A stretch of 64,000 nt of DNA. It comes from Ilumatobacteraceae bacterium. Lineage in GTDB: Bacteria; Actinomycetota; Acidimicrobiia; Acidimicrobiales; Ilumatobacteraceae. This document shows, piece by piece, positions 29,496-38,530 of the stretch. How positions within the stretch are numbered: the first letter of the stretch is position 1; every line of letters begins with the position of its first letter. The notes beneath the pieces were generated by a model. It did not search any database and was not told where the DNA came from. It saw nothing but the letters and a program-made list of their open reading frames with translations. The stretch spans positions 8,752 through 72,751 of the forward strand of contig JBIIMF010000001.1 in assembly GCA_044338135.1 (NCBI GenBank). The letters run 5' to 3'. The translations under genes and the position numbers were made by a program.

Positions 29496-29917
29496 GGTTG
29501 CGGCTGGTAGAAACCGAGCGAATCGGCCCATATGAGAACATCTGACGGAGATGGGTGTTGCATGACCTTTGTTATGTCTTGAGCAGCGCGAGTAATCAGG
29601 TCGCTTTGGTTCTTTAGACGATGATTCGAAAGATCGGCTTCGGCTTGTGCGAGTTCTGCCAGAGTTGGTCTGCTCCCGGGGTGATTGTCATAGTGCTCGT
29701 CAAGCGATGCCCGCATCAACAGGGAGCGCAATTGGTGCCGTAACGCTTCGACCGTCATGACCGTGGTGCTTTGGGCCATTTTGAGTTCATCAGTCGCAAT
29801 TGAAGCTGCATCGCGCAAGGCGACCGGAATTCTCATTGATGTATTGACTGTTTGAGATTGATCGGCGCGAAGAAGTTCGGCAATTCGATCTAGTGCGGAG
29901 GTTTTCTGCATGAACAC
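29492..29917 (-). CDS. Putative antitoxin (ribbon-helix-helix-like N-terminus)
   Basis: The TSMRIPVALRDAASIA segment resembles RHH antitoxins. Translationally coupled to the PIN gene. Confidence 0.45.
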   Translation of the reverse strand: MFMQKTSALDRIAELLRADQSQTVNTSMRIPVALRDAASIATDELKMAQSTTVMTVEALRHQLRSLLMRASLDEHYDNHPGSRPTLAELAQAEADLSNHRLKNQSDLITRAAQDITKVMQHPSPSDVLIWADSLGFYQPQP

Positions 29918-29962
29918 AATGTACCACTACTATGTGGTACAAAGAACAAGCCCGATAACTCT

Positions 29963-30565
29963 CTATCCGAGCAAGTCTTCGGCTGCCTGGCGCACTTGCC
30001 AGTCGCGATCTTCAAGAGCGGCTTTGAGGGCCAGTTCAACTTCTGGTGAATCAAATGGAGCAAGGGCAAGAACGGCTCGTCGACGAATTGCTGGTTTGTC
30101 TTGGCACGCACTCAAGATTGCGGGAAGGCCCGACTCGTCACCAATTGCACCCAGGGCTGCAACAGCTGCCTCACGAACCAATGCATCATCGTGGTGAAGA
30201 ACAAGTCGGATGAGCTCATCCATGATTTCTTTGCGTGCGCTTTCGTGTTCGCCACAAGCCCAAGCTGCCATCTCAACAACATGTGCATCTTTGTCGGTGA
30301 GTAATGGAACTAAATCAAAAATGTTGAACGTTGCGGCAAGTTCAGCAACCCGAATTCGCACTTGCGAATCAACATCACAGACAAATGTTTGCAGGACTTC
30401 GAGAGTGAGTTGTTCAAGTCGGGCAAGCGCACCTAATGCGGCCTCACGAATGGAACCATGTTCGTGCGATAGCGATTGTTGAATGAGTTGTGAGTTGCCA
30501 GCGTGTCCGGCGATCACGATCGCTCGCCGTAATTCGGCGATCTCGGGACCATCTGAAGCGCTCAC
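29963..30565 (-). CDS. HEAT repeat domain-containing protein
   Basis: Repeated ...VR.AA..ALG... helical hairpins (SIREAALGALARL, ALVREAAVAALGAIGD, WQVRQAAEDLLG). Confidence 0.7.
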   Translation of the reverse strand: MSASDGPEIAELRRAIVIAGHAGNSQLIQQSLSHEHGSIREAALGALARLEQLTLEVLQTFVCDVDSQVRIRVAELAATFNIFDLVPLLTDKDAHVVEMAAWACGEHESARKEIMDELIRLVLHHDDALVREAAVAALGAIGDESGLPAILSACQDKPAIRRRAVLALAPFDSPEVELALKAALEDRDWQVRQAAEDLLG

Positions 30566-30888
30566 AGTCGCGAGATCACATTTGTAACGATGAAGGACAG
30601 AGCAGTGGCGATCACGATGGCAGTCACAATTCCACTGATTACTGCAATTGCGCCAAGACTCGTTGCATCCAACACTTTTCTCGCCACGGTTTCAGTCAAT
30701 TCGGGTGCTTGTGCATTGAGCGGGTTCGATTGATCAAGGAGGCGTTGCGAGCTCTGGCCCACTTCGGCATTGGTGCGTGGCGAAGAGGGTAAATTTCTGG
30801 CAGGCTTGCGCCACCCGATGACAAGTAGTGCCAACATGGCTAAGCCAGCGATGAGGCCAAGGCGGGTGGAGATTTCAGTGAGTGACAC
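30562..30888 (-). CDS. Small hypothetical membrane protein
   Basis: Two hydrophobic helices and a 4-nt overlap with the HEAT-repeat gene. The 5' end conflicts with the 5' end of the divergent gene, so the starts are uncertain. Confidence 0.4.
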   Translation of the reverse strand: MSLTEISTRLGLIAGLAMLALLVIGWRKPARNLPSSPRTNAEVGQSSQRLLDQSNPLNAQAPELTETVARKVLDATSLGAIAVISGIVTAIVIATALSFIVTNVISRL

Positions 30889-32035
30889 GCAGACAGAAAA
30901 GGTACTCGCCCCACAGGTGGTTGCGCCGTCGTTACGCGCTCAAGTTGTGGCGATTCCATTTGTGACGGTCGCTTTCTTGTTGATTGTGACGGTGCTCGTA
31001 GCCATGGTTTGGCCGCTCCAACGGTACGAAACTGCACCTGGTCGCGCCGAACTCGTGGGTTCAAGGCTCAACATTGATGGTTCCCAGGTGGTGGTGTACT
31101 CGCCCGAGCGCGGAGTTCGTTTTGTGACTGCACTCGGGACCGAACTGAATCCGCTGCAGTCGTTTATGGGATGGATTGACCCATTTGTGAATATCTTGAC
31201 CTGCGAAGAACGTTTTGGCGATTGCAATCCGGCGCAAAGCCGCGAAGTGCAACTAGGGGCCATGGCCAACGCCAAAGAAATAGCTGCTTATATCGCTTTG
31301 TCCTACCTCGGTTTTGATGCGACTTTTGAAGAAGGTCCTGCTCAGGTGGCAGGCTTTGATGAATCAGTCTGCCCGAAAGACGCGCCGCCACAACGAGCAT
31401 GCAAGGTGCTTTCAGCTGGTGATGTCATTTCTTCAATCGATGTCGGCGACGGACCAACGGAGATCAAAGTTATTTCAGAGTTGTCTGAAGCGCTCAAAAA
31501 CGCCGAGCCCGGGGACATCGCGACACTGGAAGTGATTCCCGTAACGAGTGATGGTTCGGGAGTCGCGACGAAAGTAGAAGTTGAGTTGATTCAAAGTTCC
31601 GACGACCCCCAGCGGACTTTGATCGGATTTAGTGCCCGCGACACGCGGACTGTGCAACTGCCGTTTGACGTCAACTTTGATACCGATCAGATCGGGGGAC
31701 CGTCAGCAGGGTTGTCGTTCGTCTTGGCCTTGATCGACAATTTGACGATGGGCGAACTCGTTCCGCCCCAAGGGGTCGCGGTGACTGGCACCATCCAAGA
31801 CGATGGGACGGTCGGAGCAATTGGCGCCTTGGTCCAAAAGGCAGTTGCTGTCAAAAAATCAGGAGCCAAGGTCTTCTTAGTCCCCGCGGCCCAGAGCCCA
31901 GACGAGATCACGGCGGCTCAAGCGGCAGTCGGGGACAGCGTCACAATTGTTCCGGTGGCCGATCTCGACGAAGCCTTGGCCGCCCTTGTGAAATACGGCG
32001 GCGACAAGGTCGTGATGCCCGTCAAGCAGGGGTGA
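30836..32035 (+). CDS. PDZ domain / Lon-protease (S16) C-terminal domain membrane protein (YlbL-like)
   Basis: N-terminal TM helix, PDZ region and Lon_C motif GGPSAGLSFVLALID...GTIQDDGTVGAIG...KKSGAKVFLVP. The start is uncertain (candidates 30770, 30836, 30878, 30914). Confidence 0.8.
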   Translation: MAKPAMRPRRVEISVSDTQTEKVLAPQVVAPSLRAQVVAIPFVTVAFLLIVTVLVAMVWPLQRYETAPGRAELVGSRLNIDGSQVVVYSPERGVRFVTALGTELNPLQSFMGWIDPFVNILTCEERFGDCNPAQSREVQLGAMANAKEIAAYIALSYLGFDATFEEGPAQVAGFDESVCPKDAPPQRACKVLSAGDVISSIDVGDGPTEIKVISELSEALKNAEPGDIATLEVIPVTSDGSGVATKVEVELIQSSDDPQRTLIGFSARDTRTVQLPFDVNFDTDQIGGPSAGLSFVLALIDNLTMGELVPPQGVAVTGTIQDDGTVGAIGALVQKAVAVKKSGAKVFLVPAAQSPDEITAAQAAVGDSVTIVPVADLDEALAALVKYGGDKVVMPVKQG

Positions 32036-32106
32036 AGTGACAGGCAATTTGGGTAAAACCCCTGATTGCCACCCTTTATCCACAGATATTTCGTACTCTC
32101 TTCTAA

Positions 32107-33999
32107 ATGGCTATCTCTTTTTCGCGACCCGACCCCTCGTCGCCGACCGCCGTCGCCGGCGCAACCTTCCCCTCTTCACGTCGTGGTTTTGATCAAAACG
32201 AAGTCCGTGACTTTTTACGGATGGTTTCGGCTGAAATCTCGCGCCAACAAGAACGCATTACCTTTCTCGAGCGCGAATTACTGAATTCGCAGCAGGCCGA
32301 ACCAGCACCTCAGATCGAACTCAACGAAGAAACGATTACTGAACTTCTAGGCGAAGAGACCGCCCGTATTGTCCAAGCCGCTCGTGAAGCTGCGGGCAAG
32401 ATCAAGGTTCGATCTGAAGAAACTGCGACACGTCTGGTTCGTGAAGCTACCGATGAGGCCGCACGGGTTCGTGAAGATGCCGAACTCGAGGCCGCGCGAG
32501 TACGTCAAGATGCCGCGTCTGACGCTGAAGCCGAAGTGTTGATGGCCAAGCAACAAGGTCGTGACATGGTGAATGAAGCTCGCGCATATCGCGAACGCGT
32601 TCTTGCCGATGTTGCCCGACGTCGCGAGTTGGCTCGTGAGCAAATTGAAGACCTGATGCATGGCCGTGACCGCATCGTGCAGGTTTTTGATCGGGCACGT
32701 ATTGCCACCGAAGATGTGCTGCGCGAATTAGACGACGTTGCTGAAGAGCCCAGTGAATTCGTGAACTTGGCGCCAACCACTGGTCCAATTCCGATCATTG
32801 TTCAAGCTGATGAAATTGAAGCCCGCGAAGCGATGCGCCCCGCTGTCTCGTCGGCGCCAGCCTTTGTCCCGTACGACCAGGATGAAGACGTTGCAGTGAT
32901 GGCTGAAGAAGTGGTGATCGATCGCACCGCTTTGATCGAAGAAGTCGTTGCTATTGAAGAAAAAGTGGTCGAAGAGCAAACTCCAATAGCGCCAGTCGTC
33001 GAACTTGTCGTTGAGACACCGGTTTCAAACGTAGTTCCATTGTTTGCGCGTCAGGAAACACCAGCAGTTGTTGCTGATCTGGACGAAGATTTAGAAGAAG
33101 ATGACGAAGACGATGTCAATGATCCTCCGCTCGTCATCGTTGAGCAGAAGGTCAAAGTCGTCGTTCCTCCTGCTGATGATATTTTTGCCAAGTTGCGTCG
33201 TTCGGGTGCCGAATCGGTAGCCAAAGAGGTGGCGACGACCCAGGTCAAAAAGGTTGAACCAAAAAAGAAGCCAACAGAGAAAAAAGTTGAACAAGTAGTC
33301 GAAGAGATCATTGAAGCTCCAGTTGAAGAAGTGGCAACTGCGACAACTTTTGAACTGCGCGATGAGGAACTTTCACCAGTCATTGCTGCAATGTCGCGCA
33401 AGCTAAAGCGAGTACTGGCCGATGAACAGAATGAAGTTCTTGACATTTTGCGCGGCAAACTTCCGGTGAAAACGCTTGATGCAATTGTTGGGCCGAAAGC
33501 CGATCACTCGGCACGGATGATTGAAGCACTTGACGCATCGCTGAAGGCTGCTGCGTTGGCGGGTGCAAAGTCTTTATCGAAAGCCTCCGACAAAGATTTG
33601 CAAAAGATGGTCGCTTCGCAAATGGCTGCGATCAACGAATTTGTTGTTGCGACTGTGGTTGCCCCGCTACGTGAACGCCTCAGCCGAAGTATTTCACAAG
33701 CTGCTGGCGATAATGCCGAGCTGACATCGCTTGTCCGATTGGTCTATCGCGAGTGGAAAAATCAGCATGTTGATACTCAAGTCGACAACATTGCTCAGAC
33801 CTCTTTCGGACGAGGTGCATTTGCCGCACTGACTCCTGGTGCAAAAGTTTGTTGGAAGGTTGATCCCAACGGGCCCGCATGTGCTGATGCCGAAGATAAC
33901 TCTTTGGCTGGTTTCGTCAACGCCGGGGAAGCATTCCCTACAGGGCACACTCACGCGCCGGCGCATGCTGGTTGCCGCTGTGCACTCGCTCTGCAATAG
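32107..33999 (+). CDS. DivIVA domain-containing protein with long acidic coiled-coil region and Cys-containing C-terminal domain
   Basis: DivIVA N-terminal motif FPSSRRGFDQNEVRDFL. Coiled-coil and acidic low-complexity middle. C-terminal ...VCWKVDPNGPACADAE...PAHAGCRCAL. Confidence 0.7.
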   Translation: MAISFSRPDPSSPTAVAGATFPSSRRGFDQNEVRDFLRMVSAEISRQQERITFLERELLNSQQAEPAPQIELNEETITELLGEETARIVQAAREAAGKIKVRSEETATRLVREATDEAARVREDAELEAARVRQDAASDAEAEVLMAKQQGRDMVNEARAYRERVLADVARRRELAREQIEDLMHGRDRIVQVFDRARIATEDVLRELDDVAEEPSEFVNLAPTTGPIPIIVQADEIEAREAMRPAVSSAPAFVPYDQDEDVAVMAEEVVIDRTALIEEVVAIEEKVVEEQTPIAPVVELVVETPVSNVVPLFARQETPAVVADLDEDLEEDDEDDVNDPPLVIVEQKVKVVVPPADDIFAKLRRSGAESVAKEVATTQVKKVEPKKKPTEKKVEQVVEEIIEAPVEEVATATTFELRDEELSPVIAAMSRKLKRVLADEQNEVLDILRGKLPVKTLDAIVGPKADHSARMIEALDASLKAAALAGAKSLSKASDKDLQKMVASQMAAINEFVVATVVAPLRERLSRSISQAAGDNAELTSLVRLVYREWKNQHVDTQVDNIAQTSFGRGAFAALTPGAKVCWKVDPNGPACADAEDNSLAGFVNAGEAFPTGHTHAPAHAGCRCALALQ

Positions 34000-34014
34000 A
34001 ACTAGTCTTGGAGT

Positions 34015-37000
34015 GTGAAACCTCCTTCGGACTTGCCCGGTAGCCCTCGTCGCCCCAAAAACCCCAACCAACCTGCATGGATGTCAAAGGGTCGAATCGC
34101 TCTTTTCATCGTGGCGGCAATCGTCGTCATTCTCTTTTTGTCGGCACGCACGTTGGCAAATTTCTATGTTGACTTGCTGTGGTTCAGATCTGTTGAACGA
34201 GGGAATGTCTTTTGGACCAGCATTCAGTCAAAGATTTTTCTCGGCGCAATCTTCAGTGTTGCGTTCGCGATCGTCTCATTCATTAGCTTGACCCTCGCTG
34301 AACGTCTGTCTCCTAAAGAACTTCCGATCGGACCCGAGCGTGAAGTGGTTGAGCGATTCAAGATGATCGTAGGAGGACGCACTCGTTTGCTGCGCGTTGC
34401 AGTTTCGATCCTTTTTGGTTTGATGGTCGGTTTGCCGGCAATGGCGAAGTGGCAAGACTGGTTGCTATTCAGGAATTCGCAGTCGTTCGGGACAAGCGAC
34501 CCATTGTTTAGCGTCGATGTCGGGTTCTATGTTTTCAGACTTCCATTTTTGACATTCTTGGTTGACTGGGTATTTGCCGCCGCCGTCATGATCACACTTC
34601 TAACTGCCGTCATGCACTTCTTGAATGGTTCAATTCGTGTGCAAACTGCCGGAGATCGAATTTCTAAAGGCGCACGCATTCACTTGAGCGTTCTGTTCGC
34701 AATCCTTGCGGTCATCAAGGCGGCCGATTATTGGTTGCAGCGTTTTGAATTAACTGTGTCAAGCCGTGGAGTAGTCCAGGGTGCCACGTACACCGATGTC
34801 AATGCCCAACTGCCAGCGATCAATTTGTTGATCTTGGTGAGCTTGCTCGTTGCCGCACTCTTTTTGGCGGGCATTCGATTTGGTGGATGGCGTTTGCCGT
34901 TGTTGTCAATGGCGCTTTGGGCGGTCATTGCAGTCGTAGCTGGAACGGTTTACCCAGCACTCATCCAACGCTTTGTGGTTCAGCCAAACGTAACAACACG
35001 TGAGTACAGCTATATCGGACGCAATGTTGAAGCAACACGAGTGGCGATGGGCATTGACAAAGTCGAGACGATTTCGCTCGCTGCCGGAACAGTGACTGAC
35101 GCCGAAGTGGCCAAAGATACTGATCCTTTAAGAGATTCTCGATTGCTCGATGTTTCAGAAATGAGAGATCGCTATTCGCTAGACCAAGGGCTATTTGCTT
35201 TTTATGCAATTAACGACCTTGATGTTGACCGCTACGACATTGATGGCCGTTCACAACAGACGATGGTTGCGGCGCGTGAGCTCAACCCCGACGGCATCCC
35301 AAACAAAACATGGGTTTCAAAGCATTTGATTTACACGCACGGGTGCGGAGTTGTTGCGGCAAGCGCATCACAGATCACAGATGACGGACGTCCGATCTAC
35401 CAAGAGATTGCCACGGAGAGACCACAGCTTTATGTGGGAACGCGGCAACCCAGCTACGCAATCGTGAATACCAAGCAGGTTGAACAAGCGTGTCCGGATA
35501 CCGAAGCCACTCCCTATGAAGGCACCGGCGGGGTTGTCCTTGATTCCGCAGTCAAGAAATTGGCATTTGCTATTCACTTTGGCGAATTCAACTTGTTCGG
35601 GTCAAATTTGATTTCAGATCAATCACGTCTCATCGATGTTCGAGATGTGAGTGATCGAGTCTCAAAAGTTGCACCCTTCTTGCATCTAGATGCAGATCCA
35701 TATCCAGTTGTTGACGGCGGAAAAGTACTTTGGGTCATCGATGCATTCACGACGACCTCGCGTTACCCATATGCGCAAGAAGCCAATACCGATAATTTGA
35801 CTCCTGGTTCTGGCCTCAGGCACAGCTTCAATTACGTGCGCAATAGTGTGAAGGCAGTAGTTGATGCTTACGACGGCTCGGTTGTTTTGTATGTTGTCGA
35901 TCCGACCGATCCCATCGTTCGGGCGTGGTCGAAAGCGTTCCCAGGTCTCTTCACCTCGGCCGATCAAGTTCCAGCAAGTTTGCGCGAACACTTCCGTTAC
36001 CCCGAAGATCTTTTCCGAGTACAGACAAATCTGTATGGTCGTTACCAGTTCACTGATACTGATGCGTTCTTCAACCGCGACTCGGCTTGGAGCGTTGCTC
36101 AGGCAGCTCAACGCCAGCCCGAACTCACAGTGACGGCAGCTGGTGATGTTGCCATAACTACGGGGGCAACTTCACAAGCCGACACTGGCAATGTGGCCGA
36201 TGCGAACGTCGCACGTTTTGAGCCTTACTACACCTTGTTCCATAGCCCCGACACGGTTGATTCAACGGTTGCGCCGACATTCTCACTCATTCGTCCGTTC
36301 GTGCCATTCTCGGCCGATGACACTCGAAAAGAGCTACGCGCGTTCATGGTGGTCTCGAGTGATCCCGAAACGTATGGCCAGTTGAAGGTTTATAAATACG
36401 ATGGAGTTCTGCCGGCTGGTCCCGCAACCGTGTCAGCCGAATTGAGTAGTAACCCGAATATTTCGCCAGTGATCACGCTGTTGAACCAACAAGGCTCTCG
36501 AGTCATTCTTGGCCAGTTGCAAGTTGTGCCAATTGGTAAAGGTTTGATTTGGGTTCAGCCGTTGTATATACGTCCAGATGAGGCTGGTTCAAAGCAAGTA
36601 TTCGTCCGACGAGTGTTGGCTTGGCACGATGGCGAGGCAGTCATCGGTGACACTTTGACAGAAGCGATTAATCGACTTTTCCCGAGAGCCAAAGTCGATC
36701 TTGGTGAAGTTGTGAATGAGTTTGGTTCAAACACCGACACCGAAACAGACACCGAAACAGATACCGGAACAGACACCGAAACAGATACCGGAACAGACAC
36801 TGGTACCGAGACGGGAACGGATCCCGAAACGGGAACGGATCCCGAAACGGGAACAGATCCCGAAACGGGAACTGATTCTGGTTCAACATCAACTGATCCA
36901 GTGGCTTTGCTCGAAGAAGCCCAGACATTGTTCGACGAAGCCGATGTTGCCCTGCGTGATGGCGATCTAGGCACTTATCAGAGCAAGGTTGATGAAGCGC

Positions 37001-37041
37001 AGGCGTTAATCGCCAAGGCTTTATCTCAACTCAACGCGTAA
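34015..37041 (+). CDS. UPF0182 family membrane protein
   Basis: Seven N-terminal TM helices and a large C-terminal domain of the size and layout typical of UPF0182 (about 1000 aa). Carries a C-terminal TDTE/TGTDPE repeat. Confidence 0.85.
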   Translation: MKPPSDLPGSPRRPKNPNQPAWMSKGRIALFIVAAIVVILFLSARTLANFYVDLLWFRSVERGNVFWTSIQSKIFLGAIFSVAFAIVSFISLTLAERLSPKELPIGPEREVVERFKMIVGGRTRLLRVAVSILFGLMVGLPAMAKWQDWLLFRNSQSFGTSDPLFSVDVGFYVFRLPFLTFLVDWVFAAAVMITLLTAVMHFLNGSIRVQTAGDRISKGARIHLSVLFAILAVIKAADYWLQRFELTVSSRGVVQGATYTDVNAQLPAINLLILVSLLVAALFLAGIRFGGWRLPLLSMALWAVIAVVAGTVYPALIQRFVVQPNVTTREYSYIGRNVEATRVAMGIDKVETISLAAGTVTDAEVAKDTDPLRDSRLLDVSEMRDRYSLDQGLFAFYAINDLDVDRYDIDGRSQQTMVAARELNPDGIPNKTWVSKHLIYTHGCGVVAASASQITDDGRPIYQEIATERPQLYVGTRQPSYAIVNTKQVEQACPDTEATPYEGTGGVVLDSAVKKLAFAIHFGEFNLFGSNLISDQSRLIDVRDVSDRVSKVAPFLHLDADPYPVVDGGKVLWVIDAFTTTSRYPYAQEANTDNLTPGSGLRHSFNYVRNSVKAVVDAYDGSVVLYVVDPTDPIVRAWSKAFPGLFTSADQVPASLREHFRYPEDLFRVQTNLYGRYQFTDTDAFFNRDSAWSVAQAAQRQPELTVTAAGDVAITTGATSQADTGNVADANVARFEPYYTLFHSPDTVDSTVAPTFSLIRPFVPFSADDTRKELRAFMVVSSDPETYGQLKVYKYDGVLPAGPATVSAELSSNPNISPVITLLNQQGSRVILGQLQVVPIGKGLIWVQPLYIRPDEAGSKQVFVRRVLAWHDGEAVIGDTLTEAINRLFPRAKVDLGEVVNEFGSNTDTETDTETDTGTDTETDTGTDTGTETGTDPETGTDPETGTDPETGTDSGSTSTDPVALLEEAQTLFDEADVALRDGDLGTYQSKVDEAQALIAKALSQLNA
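36733..36882 (+). repeat. In-frame tandem repeats (12-nt GACACCGAAACA-like units, then 18-nt GATCCCGAAACGGGAACG units)
   Basis: Encodes TDTETDTETDTGTDTETDTGTDTGTETGTDPETGTDPETGTDPETGTDSG inside the UPF0182 gene. Confidence 0.9.
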
Positions 37042-37046
37042 AGAAA

Positions 37047-37095
37047 GAAGTGACTGAGTTGATCAACGCTTTTTGTTGATCAACTCAGTCACTTC
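37047..37095. terminator. Perfect 21-bp inverted repeat (7-nt loop) between convergent genes
   Basis: GAAGTGACTGAGTTGATCAAC-gcttttt-GTTGATCAACTCAGTCACTTC. Starts 6 nt after the UPF0182 stop. The loop and right arm encode the last residues (AEVTELINKKR) of the minus-strand gene. Confidence 0.6.
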
Positions 37096-37428
37096 GGCCA
37101 AGTCTTGTCGGAAAGCGATTTGATAGCGCGCTTGTTCAGTGGCAAGTCGAATTTGGTCAACATTGGCAGCATCGGTGCGCTGACCTAATGAATCAATATC
37201 GTTTGATAATTCGCCAAGTTGATGCGTCACTTCGGTTCCTACCTGAGTCACGCGGGCGTTCAGGCTGATGATCTTTCCATCGACTTCTTCAAGACGACGC
37301 GCCTGTTCAGTATCAGTCGCGCTCACCGCTGCTAGTTGAGCGCGTAATTCATCTAACTGGCGACGAAGCTCGGCAACCTCGGCTGGATCAACCGGCGGAG
37401 TCTTCGGTGAGCGCTTAAATAATCCCAT
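37063..37428 (-). CDS. Hypothetical coiled-coil protein
   Basis: 121-aa heptad-rich sequence (LRRQLDELRAQLAAV...). No conflicting gene. Confidence 0.45.
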   Translation of the reverse strand: MGLFKRSPKTPPVDPAEVAELRRQLDELRAQLAAVSATDTEQARRLEEVDGKIISLNARVTQVGTEVTHQLGELSNDIDSLGQRTDAANVDQIRLATEQARYQIAFRQDLAEVTELINKKR

Positions 37429-37547
37429 GCGCCACTTACCGTAGTTCTCTGACGTGGTTCATGAGGTGATTTTCGTTCAGTTAGTAATTTAGTGATTGAC
37501 CTGTTCTTTGCTCTGTTGCCCAAGCGACTAGCACCTACTATCAAATC

Positions 37548-38273
37548 ATGAAATGCATCGCAGTGGTCATGGCTATGGCTTCGGAGGCCTCGCCGATTCT
37601 GACGCAACTTGGTGCCCAGGCAATACCCGCTATTCCATTAATGCCATTTAAATTTTTTGAGGCGAATCGCAACGGATGCCGAGTCATCGTTTCTGTCAAT
37701 GGTCGAGATAGGCGCTATGGAGTCGACTCAATCGGTACCGAAGCTGCTGCACTCAACACGTATTTTGTCAATGATCGCTACAACCCTGATCTTTTGATTA
37801 CAGCCGGGACAGCTGGCGGGTGGATGCATCGTGGTGCAGAAATTGGCGACGTCTACGTGAGTGATCAGAAGTTTGTTCATCACGATCGCCGAATTGCGAT
37901 TCCGAGTTTTGACGAATATGGAATCGGTTCGTATCCGGCGGTGCCCGCGGCAGGTCTTGCCCAGGCGTTGAATCTCAAAATGGGCATCGTGACAACTAGC
38001 AACTCTCTCGATGAGAACGATGACGATCGCCGTTTGATTGCCGCATCTGGGGGAGAAGTCAAAGAGATGGAAGCCGCAGCTGTGGCTTATGTGTGTGAAA
38101 TGATGGCGATTCCTGTTATGGCGTTGAAGGCGATTACCGATCTTGTTGACCATCACACTGCGACCGCTGATCAGTTCAATGCGAACCTTCTGATGGCATC
38201 GCGTCGTTTGGCTGAAAAGCTCTTGCAAGTGATCGATTTCTGCGCCTCACGGTCGGTTGCCGACCTGGCATAG
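37548..38273 (+). CDS. Nucleosidase of the PNP/UDP-1 fold (MTA/SAH nucleosidase-like)
   Basis: IAVVMAMASEA, ITAGTAGG and VKEMEAAAVAYV, matching the MTAN family layout. Confidence 0.7.
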   Translation: MKCIAVVMAMASEASPILTQLGAQAIPAIPLMPFKFFEANRNGCRVIVSVNGRDRRYGVDSIGTEAAALNTYFVNDRYNPDLLITAGTAGGWMHRGAEIGDVYVSDQKFVHHDRRIAIPSFDEYGIGSYPAVPAAGLAQALNLKMGIVTTSNSLDENDDDRRLIAASGGEVKEMEAAAVAYVCEMMAIPVMALKAITDLVDHHTATADQFNANLLMASRRLAEKLLQVIDFCASRSVADLA

Positions 38274-38292
38274 GGCTGAATGAACTTGGGCG

Positions 38293-38321
38293 TTGCCGAT
38301 GGTGCCATATGCCCGTACACT
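38293..38321 (+). promoter_or_regulatory. Putative sigma-A type promoter of the tRNA gene
   Basis: TTGCCG, a 17-nt spacer, then TACACT, ending 12 nt before the mature tRNA 5' end. Confidence 0.4.
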
Positions 38322-38333
38322 TCTCATTTCCGC

Positions 38334-38410
<77 letters not shown>

Positions 38411-38450
38411 AATAAAAATTGGCCGCCCCTTGGGGCGGTCAATTTTTATT
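38411..38450. terminator. Bidirectional Rho-independent terminator
   Basis: AATAAAAATTGGCCGCCCC-TT-GGGGCGGTCAATTTTTATT. GC-rich stem flanked by an A-tract and a T-tract. Lies between the tRNA (+) and the convergent esterase gene (-). Confidence 0.75.
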
Positions 38451-38530
38451 TGATTGGGGTTCGCGATTTGGGAGGAGCGAAGCGACGGTTCCTCTCCCCG
38501 AATTTAATATTTGTGCGAAGCGACGGTTAC

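Noticed and set aside
33051-33458. 135-aa Ser-rich minus-strand ORF
   Set aside because: It is the antisense reading of the GAA/GAT-rich acidic region of the DivIVA-domain gene.
33780-33999. Mu F-like C-terminal motif as evidence of a prophage
   Set aside because: No other phage genes (terminase, portal, capsid, integrase) are nearby and the flanks are conserved chromosomal genes. It is reported only as a domain-architecture curiosity.
36733-36882. Possible CRISPR-like or satellite array
   Set aside because: The units are 12 and 18 nt with no spacers, are in frame, and lie within a coding sequence. No cas genes are in the window.
36555-36974. Minus-strand and alternative-frame ORFs (36555..36974, 36668..36928, 36716..36970) with striking SVPVSG / FPFRD / IPKRE repeats
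   Set aside because: They are frame and strand shadows of the tandem repeats inside the UPF0182 gene. The plus-frame reading is continuous with a well-supported 1008-aa protein.
38477-38528. 14-nt direct repeat GCGAAGCGACGGTT (38477-38490 and 38515-38528) downstream of the esterase gene
   Set aside because: There are only two copies in a short 3' region and no flanking structure or mobile-element gene. I cannot tell it apart from chance or terminator remnants.
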